Source of the DNA: a virus
Reading direction: 5' to 3' (one strand)
Length of the DNA stretch: 64,000 nucleotides
IMG/VR virus record: IMGVR_UViG_3300025684_000014
Coordinates: 1 to 64,000 of that record
The position numbers were made by a program, and so were the translations under genes. The stretch's first letter is position 1; each line of letters begins with the position of its first letter. Below are positions 54,769-64,000 of the stretch, piece by piece. Below the pieces are notes generated by a model that was not told the origin of the DNA, searched no databases, and saw only the letters and a list, made by a program, of their open reading frames with translations.

Positions 54769-55890
54769 ATGATTGAAAGATACTCTACACAAGAAATTTC
54801 TAGTATTTGGTCTCAAGATACTTATTTTAACAGCTTGTTTTATTTTATCACTGCTTATTTAAATTCTATTCTTGGTAGAGATATTAAATTGAAGTCTTAT
54901 CCTTCAATACCAAGAATTAAAGAAATTGAGAAGAAAACAAAGCATGAATTCGCTGCTGTGCTTTTGCATTATGAAAACCTACTAGATGATGAAGAAGCAA
55001 AAGCTTATCTAAATCATAAACTTACTTCTTCTGATGCCCTAGATACCGTTTTTACTTTTCAAATACAGTCAAGTGTTAACATTTTATTGCAACAGCTAAT
55101 ATCTTTGTATGATACTTTAGATGGTATAAATGCTGCTTATTTTACAAAACTTACAGTAGGTAGAACTCATGGTCGCCATGCTGAAGTAATTCCTTATACT
55201 CAACGTTTTGAGCATCTTATTTTTGAAATACAAGATTTTGAAGATAAACTTTTAGATATACAGAAATCTCTTTATCCAAAACTTTCTGGTCCTACTGGTA
55301 ATACTAATATTAGTTTAGAGATTTATGAAAAAATGACTTCAAAATATCCTTCTTTAAATTTCAATGAAGCCGCTTTTACTACTCAAGTAGTACCTAGACA
55401 TTTGCACGCTGATGTTATTTGGGCTTGTGCTTCTTTTGCAGCTTCTGTAGAAAGATTTTCTACTAATATGAGAATTCTTTCTATTGATGAAATTGCAGAG
55501 GTTTCTGAGTCGTTTACTCCAGGGCAAATTGGATCTTCTTCAATGCCTCACAAGAAGAATCCTGTTGGATTTGAAAATCTTTGCGGCATTTCAAGACTTA
55601 TTAGAAGTAATGTTACGCCTGCTTTGGAGAATATTGTTTTATGGTTTGAAAGAGATATGTCTCATAGCTCTGTTGAACGAGTTATTTTTCCTGATACATT
55701 TCAATTAACACATTATATGATTCGTAGATTAGATAATATTCTTAAAACTATGAATTTTAATACCAAGCAATCTAATAAAAATATCAAGCAATCAAATGTT
55801 TTAACTGCAACCAAAGAGTTTAATGATCTTCTTAAAACTATGCCTAGAAGTGAAGCTTACTCTATTATTCAAAAGAAGTATTTAGGATAA
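54769..55890 (+). CDS. purB: adenylosuccinate lyase
   Basis: MIERYS, LTSSD, GRTHGRHA, GSSSMPHKKNP, ERDMSHSSVER. Confidence 0.93.
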   Translation: MIERYSTQEISSIWSQDTYFNSLFYFITAYLNSILGRDIKLKSYPSIPRIKEIEKKTKHEFAAVLLHYENLLDDEEAKAYLNHKLTSSDALDTVFTFQIQSSVNILLQQLISLYDTLDGINAAYFTKLTVGRTHGRHAEVIPYTQRFEHLIFEIQDFEDKLLDIQKSLYPKLSGPTGNTNISLEIYEKMTSKYPSLNFNEAAFTTQVVPRHLHADVIWACASFAASVERFSTNMRILSIDEIAEVSESFTPGQIGSSSMPHKKNPVGFENLCGISRLIRSNVTPALENIVLWFERDMSHSSVERVIFPDTFQLTHYMIRRLDNILKTMNFNTKQSNKNIKQSNVLTATKEFNDLLKTMPRSEAYSIIQKKYLG

Positions 55891-55895
55891 TAACT

Positions 55896-56126
55896 ATGTC
55901 TAAAGATATTGATCTGCAAGCTTTCGCCAACGACCTATATGATTTGTTAGATACTTATGATGTAGCGCTGACTAGCGCTCACTTTGCTAGACGATTACCT
56001 CAACGCAAAACAGGTGTAATGAGAATGCAACCTCTATTCTCTGCATTTTATGATGAGAATGGTCAAGTTTGGCTTATAGATGTTAATACTCGAGAAACTT
56101 ATTCTCCTAAAGATTTTGAACCATGA
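55896..56126 (+). CDS. hypothetical protein
   Basis: 76 aa with an AGGA SD. Confidence 0.5.
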   Translation: MSKDIDLQAFANDLYDLLDTYDVALTSAHFARRLPQRKTGVMRMQPLFSAFYDENGQVWLIDVNTRETYSPKDFEP

Positions 56127-56290
56127 GCATTTTAACTCCTAAACAAAATTATAAAGACAGACTCAAAACTTGTTTTGATTGCCCAAGTTACAATCCTACC
56201 CTTAAGCAATGTAAAGAATGCGGCTGTTTTCTTATTCTAAAAGCAGCTTTTGAATCAACTAAATGTCCCTTAGGTAGATGGAATGAATAA
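56123..56290 (+). CDS. small Cys-rich (DUF6171-like) protein, 55 aa (not in the ORF track)
   Basis: CFDC...CKECGC...KCPLGRW; ATGA coupling. Confidence 0.6.
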   Translation: MSILTPKQNYKDRLKTCFDCPSYNPTLKQCKECGCFLILKAAFESTKCPLGRWNE

Positions 56291-56678
56291 TTTCTTTTTT
56301 TTTGTTTTAACTAATCCAGCAATTGTTTTACTCTTTCTTTCTCTTTTTACTATTATTTTTTTCCATATTTTTGTTTCAATTACAAAAGAAAAACAAGTTA
56401 ATTCATATATAAACTCTTCTAAATCTAAATATCTTGTAGTAGATGATGAAGGGTGGGAACTTTTTTGGGGATTTTCTTTAAGTTCAAGAAATTCTCATCA
56501 AGAAATTTTAGATACTTATTACTCTCGAGGTTATCAACTTCATAGTTTTACATTAAGAAACAATATGATTCCAAATGTTCCTTTAATAAAAAGCCTTTGT
56601 ATTTTTTTTATATATCTCTTAACTTTTGGTTATGTTAGTTATTATACAGGAAGTACTTTTATTTTTTACAAGGTTTAA
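56283..56678 (+). CDS. hypothetical membrane protein
   Basis: Two hydrophobic helices. Confidence 0.5.
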   Translation: MNNFFFFVLTNPAIVLLFLSLFTIIFFHIFVSITKEKQVNSYINSSKSKYLVVDDEGWELFWGFSLSSRNSHQEILDTYYSRGYQLHSFTLRNNMIPNVPLIKSLCIFFIYLLTFGYVSYYTGSTFIFYKV

Positions 56679-56681
56679 GAA

Positions 56682-57140
56682 ATGAAGTTAAAACATATCC
56701 AGATGAGGATGCGTCAAGTTAAAGAGCTTACTAATATTTCTTCTTGTGAACGTCGTGGTGTAGCAGCTATTGCAGTCACAGAAAATAATATAGTGCTTTC
56801 TGAAGCTTATAATGGGTGGATTAGAGGAACAGAATCTTCTACCTGTAATCCTGAAGGACCTTGCCTTAGAGAAGGTTTAACTTCAGGGTCTAATATGGAA
56901 GTCGGCTGTATTCATGCAGAGCAAAATCTTATTATTAACGCCGCTAGAACGCAAACTAGCCTTGTTGAGTCTTGGGTTTTTCTTAGCACGTACCCTTGTA
57001 TGATGTGTGCTAAGCTTTTAGCGCAAGCAGGCATTTCTAGATTATTTGTATTAAAAAATTCTTACCCAATAGATGAAGGAATTACTTTCCTTCGAGACCA
57101 CGGAGTTATTTGTGTCGTCACAGATGTTACAAGTACTTGA
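56682..57140 (+). CDS. dCMP deaminase
   Basis: S.C.RR.V.A, YNG, IHAEQN, PCMMC. Confidence 0.85.
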   Translation: MKLKHIQMRMRQVKELTNISSCERRGVAAIAVTENNIVLSEAYNGWIRGTESSTCNPEGPCLREGLTSGSNMEVGCIHAEQNLIINAARTQTSLVESWVFLSTYPCMMCAKLLAQAGISRLFVLKNSYPIDEGITFLRDHGVICVVTDVTST

Positions 57141-57363
57141 AGATTATTATTTTGATCCTAAACAAAACTATTATGTTCAAGCGTTTAAGCCAATTGGAGA
57201 TCAACCTGCCTATTATCATGCAGTAGGTTATCACTATGCAGTTAGACCTGAATCATATTTTATATTACCCCATAGGGATCTAACTAAGTTTGTTCTTTAT
57301 AAAGAGCGCACTGTACATCCAGATCAGCTTGAACTTTTTACTAAGGAACAACTCCATGTCTGA
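57124..57363 (+). CDS. hypothetical protein
   Basis: Coupled ORF. Confidence 0.45.
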   Translation: MLQVLEDYYFDPKQNYYVQAFKPIGDQPAYYHAVGYHYAVRPESYFILPHRDLTKFVLYKERTVHPDQLELFTKEQLHV

Positions 57364-57658
57364 TATTTTTTACGACATGATTGGTAAGCCAATTCATGTT
57401 GGCGATTTATTTATTATCCCTGGAGGTAATCCTAGATTTGGCGGTCTCAAACTTCACCTTGGTCTTGTTGTCTCTAAGACTGACAAGACTATGACATGTG
57501 ATTATTTTGAGCTGCCTGAAGGAAAGCCTAAGGGTTCTGGAAGGAAAACACCTTCTAAAGTATTAAAAATTGACCCGCACTATTATTTAAACTATTGTAA
57601 GTTATTCGATGAGCTTCGCGAACGCGGTAATGCTCTTAAGATTAATACCAGGGATTAA
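57356..57658 (+). CDS. hypothetical protein (SH3/KOW-like)
   Basis: AAGGA SD; DMIGKPIHVGD. Confidence 0.55.
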   Translation: MSDIFYDMIGKPIHVGDLFIIPGGNPRFGGLKLHLGLVVSKTDKTMTCDYFELPEGKPKGSGRKTPSKVLKIDPHYYLNYCKLFDELRERGNALKINTRD

Positions 57659-57661
57659 CAA

Positions 57662-58174
57662 ATGAAATGGTTTACACCCTTCAATAAATATATTAACTGG
57701 CAGGAAATTGCCAATAACATCTCTTATATCGTTTCTCAAGGATACGAACATAAAGTAGTAATTGGCACTGACTCTCAACCTTTTAAAGAAGGTACAGTGT
57801 TTATTGTTGCGGTGTGTATCTTTTCTGAACATCCTGATTTTAAACAAACTTATTATTATGGTAAAGAACGCCAAGAAGCGTTCTTGCCTTTTTATCAACG
57901 ACTTCATCATGAAGTTCAATTGAGTTTAGATGTAGCAAATTCTCTTAGAGAATATACAGCTACTACCCAAAGAAAATTAAATATAGCTATTCATTTAGAT
58001 TTATCTGCTCAAGAAGCAAAGACAAAGTCTGGTAAGTATGCTTCTGGATTAATAAATCTTGTGAAAGCTTACGATTATCCTGACGTTGAAGTTAAGCCAA
58101 ACAGTTGGGCAGCTAGTTGTATAGCTGATAAGTACACTAAGAAACGTGAATTAGCACGTTTAGAAAGTAACTAG
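57662..58174 (+). CDS. RNase H-like YkuK (DUF458) family protein
   Basis: IGTDSQ, EV..SL..A, IHLD, KP.SWAAS.IAD. Confidence 0.8.
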   Translation: MKWFTPFNKYINWQEIANNISYIVSQGYEHKVVIGTDSQPFKEGTVFIVAVCIFSEHPDFKQTYYYGKERQEAFLPFYQRLHHEVQLSLDVANSLREYTATTQRKLNIAIHLDLSAQEAKTKSGKYASGLINLVKAYDYPDVEVKPNSWAASCIADKYTKKRELARLESN

Positions 58175-58309
58175 TATGAATTTAGAACTGTTAAAAGAAA
58201 TATTAGCAGCCCTGTATTGGATTCTTATTTTTGTTGGTTTTGTTTATTTACTAATAACATATCCATTTCATGTTTTCTTTTTCCTTTTTATTCTTTGGAT
58301 TGTAAATTA

Positions 58310-58603
58310 ATGATAGATATTCAATTACTTGTATTTAAGAACAGCATTGAGCATCTTAACCATACTTTTACTATGGGTAATAAAGCTTCTGCTTTAGCTT
58401 TTATTCAAAGAATGATTTCTGAATATATGCCAAAATCAAATTACACTCATAGGTATGACAACAGAAACGGTTCAGCCTTAGTTTCTGTAAAGTCATCTGA
58501 TTATTATGCTGAAATTTCAGTTCCCAGTGTTTATGTAAGTATAGAGGAGATAATTCAAACACAATGGCAAAGCTACCCCAAGGGGCGATCGAACTCGCTA
58601 TAA
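58310..58603 (+). CDS. hypothetical protein
   Basis: 97-aa ORF from ATG 58310. Confidence 0.45.
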   Translation: MIDIQLLVFKNSIEHLNHTFTMGNKASALAFIQRMISEYMPKSNYTHRYDNRNGSALVSVKSSDYYAEISVPSVYVSIEEIIQTQWQSYPKGRSNSL

Positions 58604-58935
58604 GTCAGGCTAAGAAGAGTCCAATGTTACATCAACACGGAGCTGTTATTTGGAAAAATAACACTATCTTAGGCGCTGGATATAATTATCATAAAGCACC
58701 TCCAACTACAAGTTCTAGGAGGTACTCAATTCATAGTGAAAAAGATGCTCTTAATGGACTCCGACAAGACCAGATTTATGGCGCTTCAATGCTTGCCATA
58801 AGAGTAAGAAATGATGGAACTATAAGTTCTGGTGCACCATGTAAAGGGTGTACTAAATTGCTTACTAGAAAAGGTATTAAAAAAGTTTATTGGTACGATG
58901 ATAATGACAATCTTAATTGCACTTATTTAAACTAA
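58564..58935 (+). CDS. cytidine/deoxycytidylate deaminase-like protein
   Basis: HGAVI, G.N, IHSE, PCKGC. Confidence 0.75.
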   Translation: MAKLPQGAIELAISQAKKSPMLHQHGAVIWKNNTILGAGYNYHKAPPTTSSRRYSIHSEKDALNGLRQDQIYGASMLAIRVRNDGTISSGAPCKGCTKLLTRKGIKKVYWYDDNDNLNCTYLN

Positions 58936-59204
58936 TCATCTATCTCTGATTTTAAAAAAGTAAATTTAAATTTTAATTCATCTATTTTTGCAGATGATAA
59001 CTCTGATTTATTTTTTACTTCTTCAAAACTATTTTCTAAAGTTTCTAATCTTTCTAAGAAGTCTTCATTTACTTTATTTAATTCAAGTTTTTTTAAATAA
59101 ATCTTATAAACAAAATAAGCTATTACCATTAAAAATAAAATATAAATATTTTCTTCTGCTATTTTAATTAAAACCGGAGCTAATTCTTTGGTTTCTGTTT
59201 CCAT
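58932..59204 (-). CDS. single-TM coiled-coil protein, the lone antisense gene of this cluster
   Basis: AAGGAG SD on the minus strand; TM helix followed by a coiled coil. Confidence 0.55.
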   Translation of the reverse strand: METETKELAPVLIKIAEENIYILFLMVIAYFVYKIYLKKLELNKVNEDFLERLETLENSFEEVKNKSELSSAKIDELKFKFTFLKSEIDD

Positions 59205-59252
59205 AACAACTCCTTTTTTATTTATTATACTCTTTTCACATTAGGAAAAACA

Positions 59253-59522
59253 ATGAACTTAGATTGGTTAATTTTAATTTTATTTATTATGACTGGCATA
59301 GTTTTTGGTATTTTTATAGAACATCACCATGAAAAAACTTATTACAATTGCACAGTTGTAGAAACAAATAAAAAATTACCTCTTCTTAGTAGGTACGATT
59401 TAATTCAATTAGAAAAACTTTATGCTCAAGAATTTAACCAATCTCTTGTTTGCGAAGATACTAAACTAACTGCACACCAAAAAAGAATTTATAACTCAAC
59501 CTTAACAATCGAGGCTAAATAA
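59253..59522 (+). CDS. membrane-anchored hypothetical protein
   Basis: N-terminal TM; YNCT motif shared with 62010-62252. Confidence 0.5.
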   Translation: MNLDWLILILFIMTGIVFGIFIEHHHEKTYYNCTVVETNKKLPLLSRYDLIQLEKLYAQEFNQSLVCEDTKLTAHQKRIYNSTLTIEAK

Positions 59523-60070
59523 TGAACATTTTTACAAAAACACTTATTTCTTTTTCCTTTATGACATCTTTTGCTTTTGCAAACCCAACCGACACTTGTC
59601 AAAACAGTCCTCATCTTCAAGTAAGCCCCTTACATAAGAAGATTTCTTATGGAATGTCAAAGTCTCAAGTAAAGTCAAAGCTTGGTGTTTCTTTTGGCCC
59701 TATTTCTAATTTTGAAAGTGGCTTGGTTATTAGAAGTCCAAAAGCTCCTTACGATATGATTATTATGGCTTTTAGAGATGATCATCTTGTTGGCGTATTT
59801 TACAGCTATTCAAACGCTTTTCAAGATAGCGTAGGCGGACCTTTCAAAGCTGTTGTTCTTGTCCGCGATAAGTTCAAGGAAAAGTTTGGTCTTCCTGACG
59901 ATGCTACTAAGACAGACAAAGGTGTAAAGCTTACTTGGAAGCTAAACAAGGGCGCTGCTCTTGAGCTTACAGGTGAAGATCCTTATAAGGTTACTTACAC
60001 AGTTAAGTGCGAGCAACTTATTGATTCTCTTGACGCAAAAGCTCGAAGGGGAGCAAATCTTGGATTCTGA
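59522..60070 (+). CDS. secreted hypothetical protein
   Basis: Signal peptide ending AFA; GMSKSQVKSKLG. Confidence 0.6.
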   Translation: MNIFTKTLISFSFMTSFAFANPTDTCQNSPHLQVSPLHKKISYGMSKSQVKSKLGVSFGPISNFESGLVIRSPKAPYDMIIMAFRDDHLVGVFYSYSNAFQDSVGGPFKAVVLVRDKFKEKFGLPDDATKTDKGVKLTWKLNKGAALELTGEDPYKVTYTVKCEQLIDSLDAKARRGANLGF

Positions 60071-60383
60071 TCCTCGCTTTTCTGTTTCTTTACTTAAAAA
60101 TATTTTTGTTACTGCTTTACAAGATGGTAGTAATTATTGGCTTATTATAAATAATTGGTGCTTAGAAGAACATATTGCTAATATTACTGATATAGAAGCA
60201 AATCCATTTACACAATATGAAGTAGATTTAAATGTTATTAAAAAAGGGTTTGAAATACTTTATGCACAAAAATCTGAATGGAGCAGTAAAAAGCTTTCTA
60301 ATATTTTAAATAAAAATTATGATGCAGAAGATGCAGATGTAATTTTACAGTACGGTTTATTCGGGGAGCTTCTTTATGGATAG
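59961..60383 (+). CDS. hypothetical protein (start uncertain, probably TTG near 60060)
   Basis: DAEDADVILQYGLFGE C-terminal motif. Confidence 0.5.
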   Translation: MSLQVKILIRLLTQLSASNLLILLTQKLEGEQILDSDPRFSVSLLKNIFVTALQDGSNYWLIINNWCLEEHIANITDIEANPFTQYEVDLNVIKKGFEILYAQKSEWSSKKLSNILNKNYDAEDADVILQYGLFGELLYG

Positions 60384-60579
60384 TAAACATCCTCTTGTTG
60401 GTAAATCTGTAAAACTTTTTCCTAACGACACTTTTGCAAAGTATGGAGTAATAAATAAAATCGATGATCTTGGTTATTATATAGAGATTTATAGGTGCGA
60501 CAATAAGCAAGAATATAAGGTTGGTGATATAGCTTTTTTTAATCACGCTAACCAGTTGCATTTTATTATTTTAAATTGA
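60376..60579 (+). CDS. hypothetical protein
   Basis: GGAG SD; coupled start. Confidence 0.5.
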   Translation: MDSKHPLVGKSVKLFPNDTFAKYGVINKIDDLGYYIEIYRCDNKQEYKVGDIAFFNHANQLHFIILN

Positions 60580-60905
60580 ATACTAATTATATAATACCTT
60601 GCCTTGCTCTTTCTTTTGCTAATATTATTTTCTGGTATAAAGGTAATTCAAAAGCTATTTATGGTTTAGATTGGTCTCCATTCAAGTGGTGGCTTTATAC
60701 TAGTTTAATAACAAACTATATTACACTTCATGCTTGGTGGAAATTAATTGAATTAAGCAATGTTTGGAAAGCTGGTGTTACATGGGGGCTTTGCAGTCTT
60801 TTTGTTGACTTAATTTTAAATACCATTTATTTTGGTTTTAATTTAAACGGCATTATTGCTTTAGCATTCTGTGCTTGCTCTGCTTTTTTTGCACATAAAA
60901 CTTGA
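60576..60905 (+). CDS. hypothetical multi-pass membrane protein
   Basis: About four hydrophobic helices. Confidence 0.5.
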   Translation: MNTNYIIPCLALSFANIIFWYKGNSKAIYGLDWSPFKWWLYTSLITNYITLHAWWKLIELSNVWKAGVTWGLCSLFVDLILNTIYFGFNLNGIIALAFCACSAFFAHKT

Positions 60906-60929
60906 CAAACATTTTTTAATGATTATAAA
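60902..60929 (+). promoter_or_regulatory. sigma70-like promoter for the second tRNA cluster
   Basis: TTGACA-N16-TATAAA. Confidence 0.5.
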
Positions 60930-60974
60930 TCATATCATAAGCAACAGCAGTTGCTTTCTTAGCTCTTTAACCTT

Positions 60975-61047
60975 GCTGGTGTAGCTCAGTTGGTAGAGCC
61001 CCTGTCTTGTAAACAGGTTGTCGGGAGTTCAAGTCTCTCCTCCAGCA
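60975..61047 (+). tRNA. tRNA-Thr(TGT)
   Basis: Cloverleaf; CCTGT-CTTGTAA-ACAGG. Confidence 0.92.
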
Positions 61048-61050
61048 CAT

Positions 61051-61123
61051 GCAAGAATAACTCAATTGGTAGAGTATCTGCCTTCCAAGCAGAATGTTGC
61101 GGGTTCGAGTCCCGTTTCTTGCT
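61051..61123 (+). tRNA. tRNA-Gly(TCC)
   Basis: Cloverleaf; TCTGC-CTTCCAA-GCAGA. Confidence 0.94.
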
Positions 61124-61124
61124 C

Positions 61125-61324
61125 TAATAGCTTAAACAACATTCATACTACTTTTAACCTTTTAGAAAGATTAATCAGTGGTTATGTGTGTCGTGGGTTC
61201 AAACGTTTAAGCTATTAATTGATGCAGCTTAGCGCCTCTTTTTTCCTACTTTCTTTTAACACTAATAATATAGATTAAGAGTTTGCAGGGTTGAGTGTGT
61301 AAAAGTGAACTGTTAAGTTGCATC
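61125..61324 (+). ncRNA. two tandem ~95-105 nt end-paired RNAs between tRNAs (unassigned)
   Basis: 13-bp closing helix 61125-37/61205-17; 14-bp closing helix 61221-34/61311-24. Confidence 0.5.
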
Positions 61325-61327
61325 TAT

Positions 61328-61400
61328 GCTCTCTTAGCTCAATGGTTAGAGCAATCGGCTGTTAACCGATAGGTTCTAGGTTCAAGTCCTAGAGAGAGCG
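61328..61400 (+). tRNA. tRNA-Asn(GTT)
   Basis: Cloverleaf; ATCGG-CTGTTAA-CCGAT. Confidence 0.94.
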
Positions 61401-61431
61401 TTCTTTTATTTTAATTGTAGAAAGGTCAAAC

Positions 61432-61659
61432 ATGTCTGATTACCCTTATCATTTTTCTGATTACGTAGATATTAAAGCAACTAATGGTTACACAATAAGA
61501 TTAAAAAGCAGATCAATGTCTAAAGACGCTTTAACATTGGTTGCTAAAAAATCTGGAGTTAATATGGTTATGTGGGAATGGATGTGGCGCACAGGTAATA
61601 TTTCCTCTATTACTAGACTTCTTAATACTGAAGTTAATGAAAATGGTTATTCAAGATAA
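61432..61659 (+). CDS. hypothetical protein
   Basis: AAGGT SD. Confidence 0.5.
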   Translation: MSDYPYHFSDYVDIKATNGYTIRLKSRSMSKDALTLVAKKSGVNMVMWEWMWRTGNISSITRLLNTEVNENGYSR

Positions 61660-61672
61660 CTGAGGCTTTATT

Positions 61673-62017
61673 ATGAATTTAGATTTTTATCCTTCTTCTA
61701 CTCTCGAGTGGAATCAGGTTACTAAAGATATTGCTAATAAATTAAAAACAATTATTCCTGATTTAAAAATTAACTTTACTTTTTTTGAGTATGAAGAAAC
61801 TTCTATAACTTTATCATTAGAATCTTTTGATAATCTTTGTAAACTTTCTAAAGATCTTTTTTATAATTCTGAAGATAAGTTAGTAATAAAAAATTTATTT
61901 TTGACTAATTATCAAAAGCATTTTTTAGTTTACTGTGATGTAGAATTTCATGATTATAATAATGGTATTCCGCAAAACGTAAAAATATTTTTCGATATAG
62001 AGGAAAGTATTGATTAA
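61673..62017 (+). CDS. hypothetical protein
   Basis: GAGG SD. Confidence 0.5.
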   Translation: MNLDFYPSSTLEWNQVTKDIANKLKTIIPDLKINFTFFEYEETSITLSLESFDNLCKLSKDLFYNSEDKLVIKNLFLTNYQKHFLVYCDVEFHDYNNGIPQNVKIFFDIEESID

Positions 62018-62252
62018 TTATATAATTATTATATTAGTAACTATTTTTATTTTCTTTTCAAATTACAATAATAAAATTACTTCTAAATATAATTGTACCT
62101 CTAATATAAACAATAAAACTTTACAAGTTTCTTTTTCTCAATACCAAAAACTTATTAATTCTCATTTAAAAAATAAAATAAAATGTAGGCTTATTTTTAA
62201 TGAAAATACTTCTTCAAACAAAAGACAAACTTCTTTTTCCCAACTCAATTAA
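62010..62252 (+). CDS. membrane-anchored hypothetical protein
   Basis: N-terminal TM; YNCT. Confidence 0.4.
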   Translation: MINYIIIILVTIFIFFSNYNNKITSKYNCTSNINNKTLQVSFSQYQKLINSHLKNKIKCRLIFNENTSSNKRQTSFSQLN

Positions 62253-62445
62253 TCAAATAACATTAGAAACTTTTGATAATCAAATTGTTGTTTACGGATC
62301 TGATATAAAAAGTTCTCTTTATATTAAAAAATATTCTTCTTCTTCTGAATTGATACATGATTTAAAAAAAATACAAACTAACAAAAATTTAACTAAAAAT
62401 TATTTTTGTTCTATCTTGAAATTTTATTCTTCTCTAAGTAAATAA
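62200..62445 (+). CDS. hypothetical protein
   Basis: 81-aa ORF. Confidence 0.4.
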   Translation: MKILLQTKDKLLFPNSINQITLETFDNQIVVYGSDIKSSLYIKKYSSSSELIHDLKKIQTNKNLTKNYFCSILKFYSSLSK

Positions 62446-62467
62446 CGCTAATCTTCAAGGAGTACAT

Positions 62468-62671
62468 ATGAAGAATACAATACTTTTTACACTAATTTTA
62501 TTTTTAATACTTACTTCTTCTTGTCTAGAAAGCACTAAGATCGAAGAATTACCTGATCTTAATTTTAGAGACCAAGAATTAGATGATCAAATAAATTATA
62601 TTTTAGATGATCAAGGTAATCTTTTAGAATTTCACGACTTTGAATTTTCAGAAATCCCTGACCAAGGTTAA
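62468..62671 (+). CDS. putative lipoprotein
   Basis: AAGGAG SD; hydrophobic leader ending LTSSC; acidic tail. Confidence 0.55.
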   Translation: MKNTILFTLILFLILTSSCLESTKIEELPDLNFRDQELDDQINYILDDQGNLLEFHDFEFSEIPDQG

Positions 62672-62674
62672 AAA

Positions 62675-62965
62675 ATGAAATGTTCTGTAACATATTTTGT
62701 AGATGAAAAAACAAACAAATTGATGTGGCAATGCCCTAACAGAATGGGTATTCCCACTAAACATGATGCTAAAACAACTACCCGTTGTTGGAGACATAAT
62801 TGTAAAGGAATTAAACCTCCGAATCCAATCATGTTTTGTAACGCTCAAAATTGTAATAAAATAAAAAAGAATCATCCTGATTCTTTGTATTGTAGTGACC
62901 GCTGCAGTAAACGCGAAAGAGATCGTAGGTATCGGTTAAAGAAGAAAACAAATGTCTCATTTTGA
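62675..62965 (+). CDS. Cys-rich putative Zn-finger protein
   Basis: C....C ... YCSDRC with a basic tail. Confidence 0.55.
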   Translation: MKCSVTYFVDEKTNKLMWQCPNRMGIPTKHDAKTTTRCWRHNCKGIKPPNPIMFCNAQNCNKIKKNHPDSLYCSDRCSKRERDRRYRLKKKTNVSF

Positions 62966-63566
62966 ATATGTTAAAGATTTTCTTTACAAGAAAGAAGCCG
63001 ATTATTTACAGTGTTTTCTTGAGGAAGAGATACCTTGGCGCCAAGTAAAATATTTTAAACCTGAAAGAGGTTATGTAATTACACCTCGTTTAACTTGGTG
63101 CGCAGGGTTTCACAACAATCTTTATTATAACATAAACAATATAACTCCTAATCCAATTCCAAAAACAATATTACCTCTTAAAGAAATAATTGAAGATTAT
63201 ACTGGTACTACTTATAACTTCGTTCTTTTTGCTAAATATAGAAATGGTCAAGATTCGATAACTTATCATTCTGACGATGAATTATTTTTAGGAAAAAACC
63301 CAACTATACCTTTATTAACTATTGGCTCTGCAAGACCTTTTAATTTGAAAAATAAGATTGATAGATCTGTACAAAGTTTTGATTTAAATCATGGTGATTT
63401 ATTAATCATGAAAAATGATTGTCAAAGAAACTTTCAACATGCAGTACCTAAAGTTGACAACTTTAACGAAGTTAGGTATTCAATTACTTTTAGAAAAGCT
63501 ATAAATGAATACGGTACTAAAAACTATTATACTTATAATGTAGGTAATCAACTTGATTTTAAATAA
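62952..63566 (+). CDS. alkB: AlkB-family 2OG-Fe(II) dioxygenase (ALKBH2/3-like)
   Basis: PRLT, Y.NG.DSI..HSD, H.VPK, RYSITFR. Confidence 0.88.
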   Translation: MSHFEYVKDFLYKKEADYLQCFLEEEIPWRQVKYFKPERGYVITPRLTWCAGFHNNLYYNINNITPNPIPKTILPLKEIIEDYTGTTYNFVLFAKYRNGQDSITYHSDDELFLGKNPTIPLLTIGSARPFNLKNKIDRSVQSFDLNHGDLLIMKNDCQRNFQHAVPKVDNFNEVRYSITFRKAINEYGTKNYYTYNVGNQLDFK

Positions 63567-63689
63567 CTTTTTTTGTATTACCCCCTTTTTATAAAAAGGG
63601 GAAAACATTATGTCTCAAGAATTTTTAGCTTTTTCTTATATACTTTTTTCATATTCAATTATAATCATTCAAGGAATTAATAAATTAAA

Positions 63690-63911
63690 ATGAGCTGTTT
63701 TTATACAAGCGAAGAAAAAAAGCGTAATGTCATTGATTTTTTAAGTCAATTTAACAGTCTTATGAGAGACTGTAATGTAGATATAAACTTTTTAGATGGT
63801 ACTTTATATATTGAAGGTCAGTATGCTGGCAATTTAGAAGACACTTGTAATTCAGTGCGTCTAGAAGACGCTGAAGGTATTGAACTTTATGAAACTGATT
63901 TTATTGATTAA
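63690..63911 (+). CDS. hypothetical protein
   Basis: 73-aa ORF. Confidence 0.5.
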   Translation: MSCFYTSEEKKRNVIDFLSQFNSLMRDCNVDINFLDGTLYIEGQYAGNLEDTCNSVRLEDAEGIELYETDFID

Positions 63912-64000
63912 AGTCATTCCTGCTTTTCTTTGTTTAACTTTTGCAAAACTTAAAGAAAAAAACGAAATAGATATAACAGCTCAAGGTGTTTTTAATAGTT

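Overview
This window comes from a large (probably jumbo) tailed phage with a contractile tail, and has three parts. (1) 1-33.0 kb: an AT-rich, minus-strand virion morphogenesis operon. It holds a tape-measure-like 5' end, tail chaperones, three tail-tube paralogs, sheath, neck proteins, major capsid, prohead protease/scaffold, portal, large terminase and a DnaQ-like plus SNase dual-nuclease protein. (2) About 33.2-46.9 kb: a sharply more GC-rich plus-strand island. It encodes three signal-peptide proteins, a ~2,030-aa single-chain double-barrel RNA polymerase (YonO / eukaryotic RdRP-like, GDDDGD) with N-terminal hydrophobic helices, and a Csx20-like putative ring nuclease. The intergenic spaces contain five canonical-core hammerhead ribozymes plus one variant, about ten copies of a compact pseudoknot, more than 1 kb of densely folded non-coding RNA, and a tRNA body with a ~100-nt structured domain in place of the anticodon loop. 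(3) 46.9-64 kb: AT-rich plus-strand small genes with seven tRNAs, purA-purB, two deaminases, a YkuK-like RNase H and AlkB. The best candidate for an undescribed system is the ribozyme-punctuated, RNA-structure-rich island around the polymerase. All RNA folds were worked out by eye and protein calls rest on motif recognition; no database searches or folding programs were run.
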